This document shows, piece by piece, positions 51,390 through 53,151 of a stretch of 53,151 bases of DNA. The notes under the pieces are model-generated. The model saw only the letters and a program-made list of their open reading frames with translations. It did no database searches and was not told the origin of the DNA. Each line of letters begins with the position of its first letter. Within the stretch, counting starts at the first letter, position 1. The stretch comes from Clostridia bacterium. Lineage in GTDB: Bacteria > Bacillota > Clostridia > UMGS1883. The stretch spans positions 1 through 53,151 of the forward strand of contig JAZLFH010000023.1 in NCBI GenBank assembly GCA_045615705.1, given 5' to 3'. The position numbers were made by a program, and so were the translations under genes.

Positions 51390-51578
51390 TCATATAGCAC
51401 GAACAACTTTTCCGCTGCGAAGGCAACGGCTGCATACGTGAACAGTCTTGGGAGTTCCGTTTACAAGTGCCTTTACCGTTCTTACGTTTGCTTTCCAAGT
51501 GCGGTTTGCACGACGGTGTGAATGGCTGACCTTTATTCCAAAGGTAACGCCCTTTCCGCAGATATCACATTTAGCCAT
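51390..51578 (-). CDS. rpmB: 50S ribosomal protein L28
   Basis: MAKCDICGK...VSHSHRRANRTWKAN...VCSRCLRSGKV. Confidence 0.96.
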   Translation of the reverse strand: MAKCDICGKGVTFGIKVSHSHRRANRTWKANVRTVKALVNGTPKTVHVCSRCLRSGKVVRAI

Positions 51579-51794
51579 TTATCTTACCCCCTTAGGTATA
51601 ATTACAATTTTTAATGCAAAAAGTATTTTAACAGACAATTTAATAAAATGCAAGAACTTTTTTTCTTTTTTTTATTTTTTTTGAAAATGCGGGAAATTTA
51701 CTATGCTTTTTTTAAAAAAAACATTTACAATAAGTCAATTTTGTGTTAGTATAATCAAGTTAAATGACCGTTTGCATTATGCGGTCGGGAAGGA

Positions 51795-52985
51795 ATGAAA
51801 TTTATGCGTTACACCGGTGTTACATCACGCGGTATTATTACCCCTATTTTCAAAGAAGGAGATGACCTCGTTAAAGAAGTTGCAAACAGTGTTGTCAAGG
51901 CTTCCAAAGAGGAAGGGTTCTCTCTTAATGACGGGGATATAGTCGCCGTTACCGAATCGGTTATAGGTCGTGTTCAAGGTAACTATGCTACCTGTGAGCA
52001 AATTGCCGAAGACATAAGAAATAAAATGGGCGGAAAAGATATGGGTATTGTATTCCCGATTTTAAGCCGTAATCGTTTTACCGTTATGTTAAAAGCTATG
52101 GCGATGAGTTGCGAAAAACTTTACATTCAGTTCTCGTATCCCGGTGATGAAAAAGGAAACGAGTTTTTCAGCATTGACTATGCGGACGAAAAGGGCGTAA
52201 ATCCTTATACGGACAACTTTACGGAAGCAGAATTTCGCAAAGTGTTCGGCAAAAATACAATTCACACCTTCACCGGCGTTGATTATATCGACTACTACAA
52301 GAGTTTTGGCGATCACATCGAGATTATTTTCTCAAATGACCCCAAGTACATCTTAAACTACACAAAGAATGTTCTTTGCTGTGATATTCACACAAAAGAA
52401 CGCACAAAGAGAATTATCAAGAATGCAGGTGCAAACATTGTTCTGTCAATGGATAATATCTTGACCGAAAGTGTTTCGGGAAGCGGTTTTAACCCCGATT
52501 ACGGCATTATCGGTTCAAACAGAGCAACCGATGACAAGGTAAAACTTTTCCCGAAGGACACAAAGCCGTTTATCGAGGCACTTGCAAAAGAACTTTACAA
52601 CCAAACCGGAAAGAAAATGGAAGCAATGGTCTACGGTGATGGTTGCTTTAAAGATCCGGTAGGCGGTATTTGGGAATTTGCAGATCCCGTTGTTTCTCCT
52701 GCTTTTACCTCTCGCCTTGCGGGAACTCCCAACGAACTTAAAATGAAGTATTTTGCAGATAATGACCTTAAAGACCTTTCAGGCGAAGCACTTAGTGAGG
52801 CTATGAAAGAAAAAATCCGTGAGAAGGATTCCAACTTGGTTGGTAATATGGCATCTCAGGGTACTACGCCACGCCGTTTGACCGACCTTTTGGGTAGCCT
52901 TGCCGACCTTACCAGTGGCAGTGGCGACAGAGGAACGCCCGTTGTTCTCATACAGAACTACTTTACAAACTTCGCTACCGAATAG
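51795..52985 (+). CDS. Coenzyme F420-0:L-glutamate ligase (CofE)-like protein
   Basis: PIFKEGDDL, DIVAVTES, DPVGGIWE, DLTSGSGDRGTPVV. Confidence 0.75.
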   Translation: MKFMRYTGVTSRGIITPIFKEGDDLVKEVANSVVKASKEEGFSLNDGDIVAVTESVIGRVQGNYATCEQIAEDIRNKMGGKDMGIVFPILSRNRFTVMLKAMAMSCEKLYIQFSYPGDEKGNEFFSIDYADEKGVNPYTDNFTEAEFRKVFGKNTIHTFTGVDYIDYYKSFGDHIEIIFSNDPKYILNYTKNVLCCDIHTKERTKRIIKNAGANIVLSMDNILTESVSGSGFNPDYGIIGSNRATDDKVKLFPKDTKPFIEALAKELYNQTGKKMEAMVYGDGCFKDPVGGIWEFADPVVSPAFTSRLAGTPNELKMKYFADNDLKDLSGEALSEAMKEKIREKDSNLVGNMASQGTTPRRLTDLLGSLADLTSGSGDRGTPVVLIQNYFTNFATE

Positions 52986-53149
52986 GGTGGCTCTGAAAAT
53001 AGATGTAGAAGTCTTAAACCGTCTCCGAAAGCGTATGTGCATACGCCGAGAAGGGAAGTTTGACGGTAGCCTTGTAATAAAAATAAAATAAACCCACCTA
53101 AACGGTGGGTTTATTCATCTTAAATAATTTAAAAATCATTTTACAAGGC
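52986..53149 (+). repeat. Diverged module A repeat followed by a terminator hairpin (53088-53115)
   Basis: AAACCGTCTCCGAAAGCGTATGTGCATACGCCGAGAAGGGAAGTTTG aligns without gaps to 29-75; AATAAACCCACC-TAAAC-GGTGGGTTTATT hairpin. Confidence 0.65.
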
Positions 53150-53151
53150 GT

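Noticed and set aside
51777-51788. 12-mer TTATGCGGTCGG shared with 187-198
   Set aside because: A 12-bp match is expected by chance in 53 kb and the flanks do not align.
1271-53091. Numerous 60-190 aa ORFs nested in or antisense to the called genes
   Set aside because: Shadow ORFs of well-supported genes, without RBS or motifs.

Overview
Chromosomal window from an AT-rich, spore-forming, S-layered Clostridia-like Firmicute. It is mostly housekeeping: an XRE/cupin regulator plus polyamine ABC transporter (potBCDA) running into glnS-gltX, asnS, valS, folD, ygiQ, ftsK, uppP, mnmA, metY, queG, comF, recD2, metK, rpmB, sporulation genes (dpaAB/spoVFAB, spoVAC-AD), two SLH proteins and scattered cell-wall polysaccharide genes. 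Four things stand out. (i) A complete T-box riboswitch with an apparent Ile (AUC) specifier leads an XRE-cupin/acyl-CoA synthetase fusion rather than an aminoacyl-tRNA synthetase. (ii) An isolated five-gene phage tail-fibre/LRR/holin module ends in an intact Amidase_3 gene that has lost its catalytic residues. (iii) A modular family of structured intergenic repeats includes one copy whose core is inverted between short inverted arms. (iv) A duplicated promoter plus WalR-like box module precedes the major S-layer gene. No tRNA, rRNA, CRISPR array, integrase, transposase or reverse transcriptase was seen. All calls are by eye; no database search was run.
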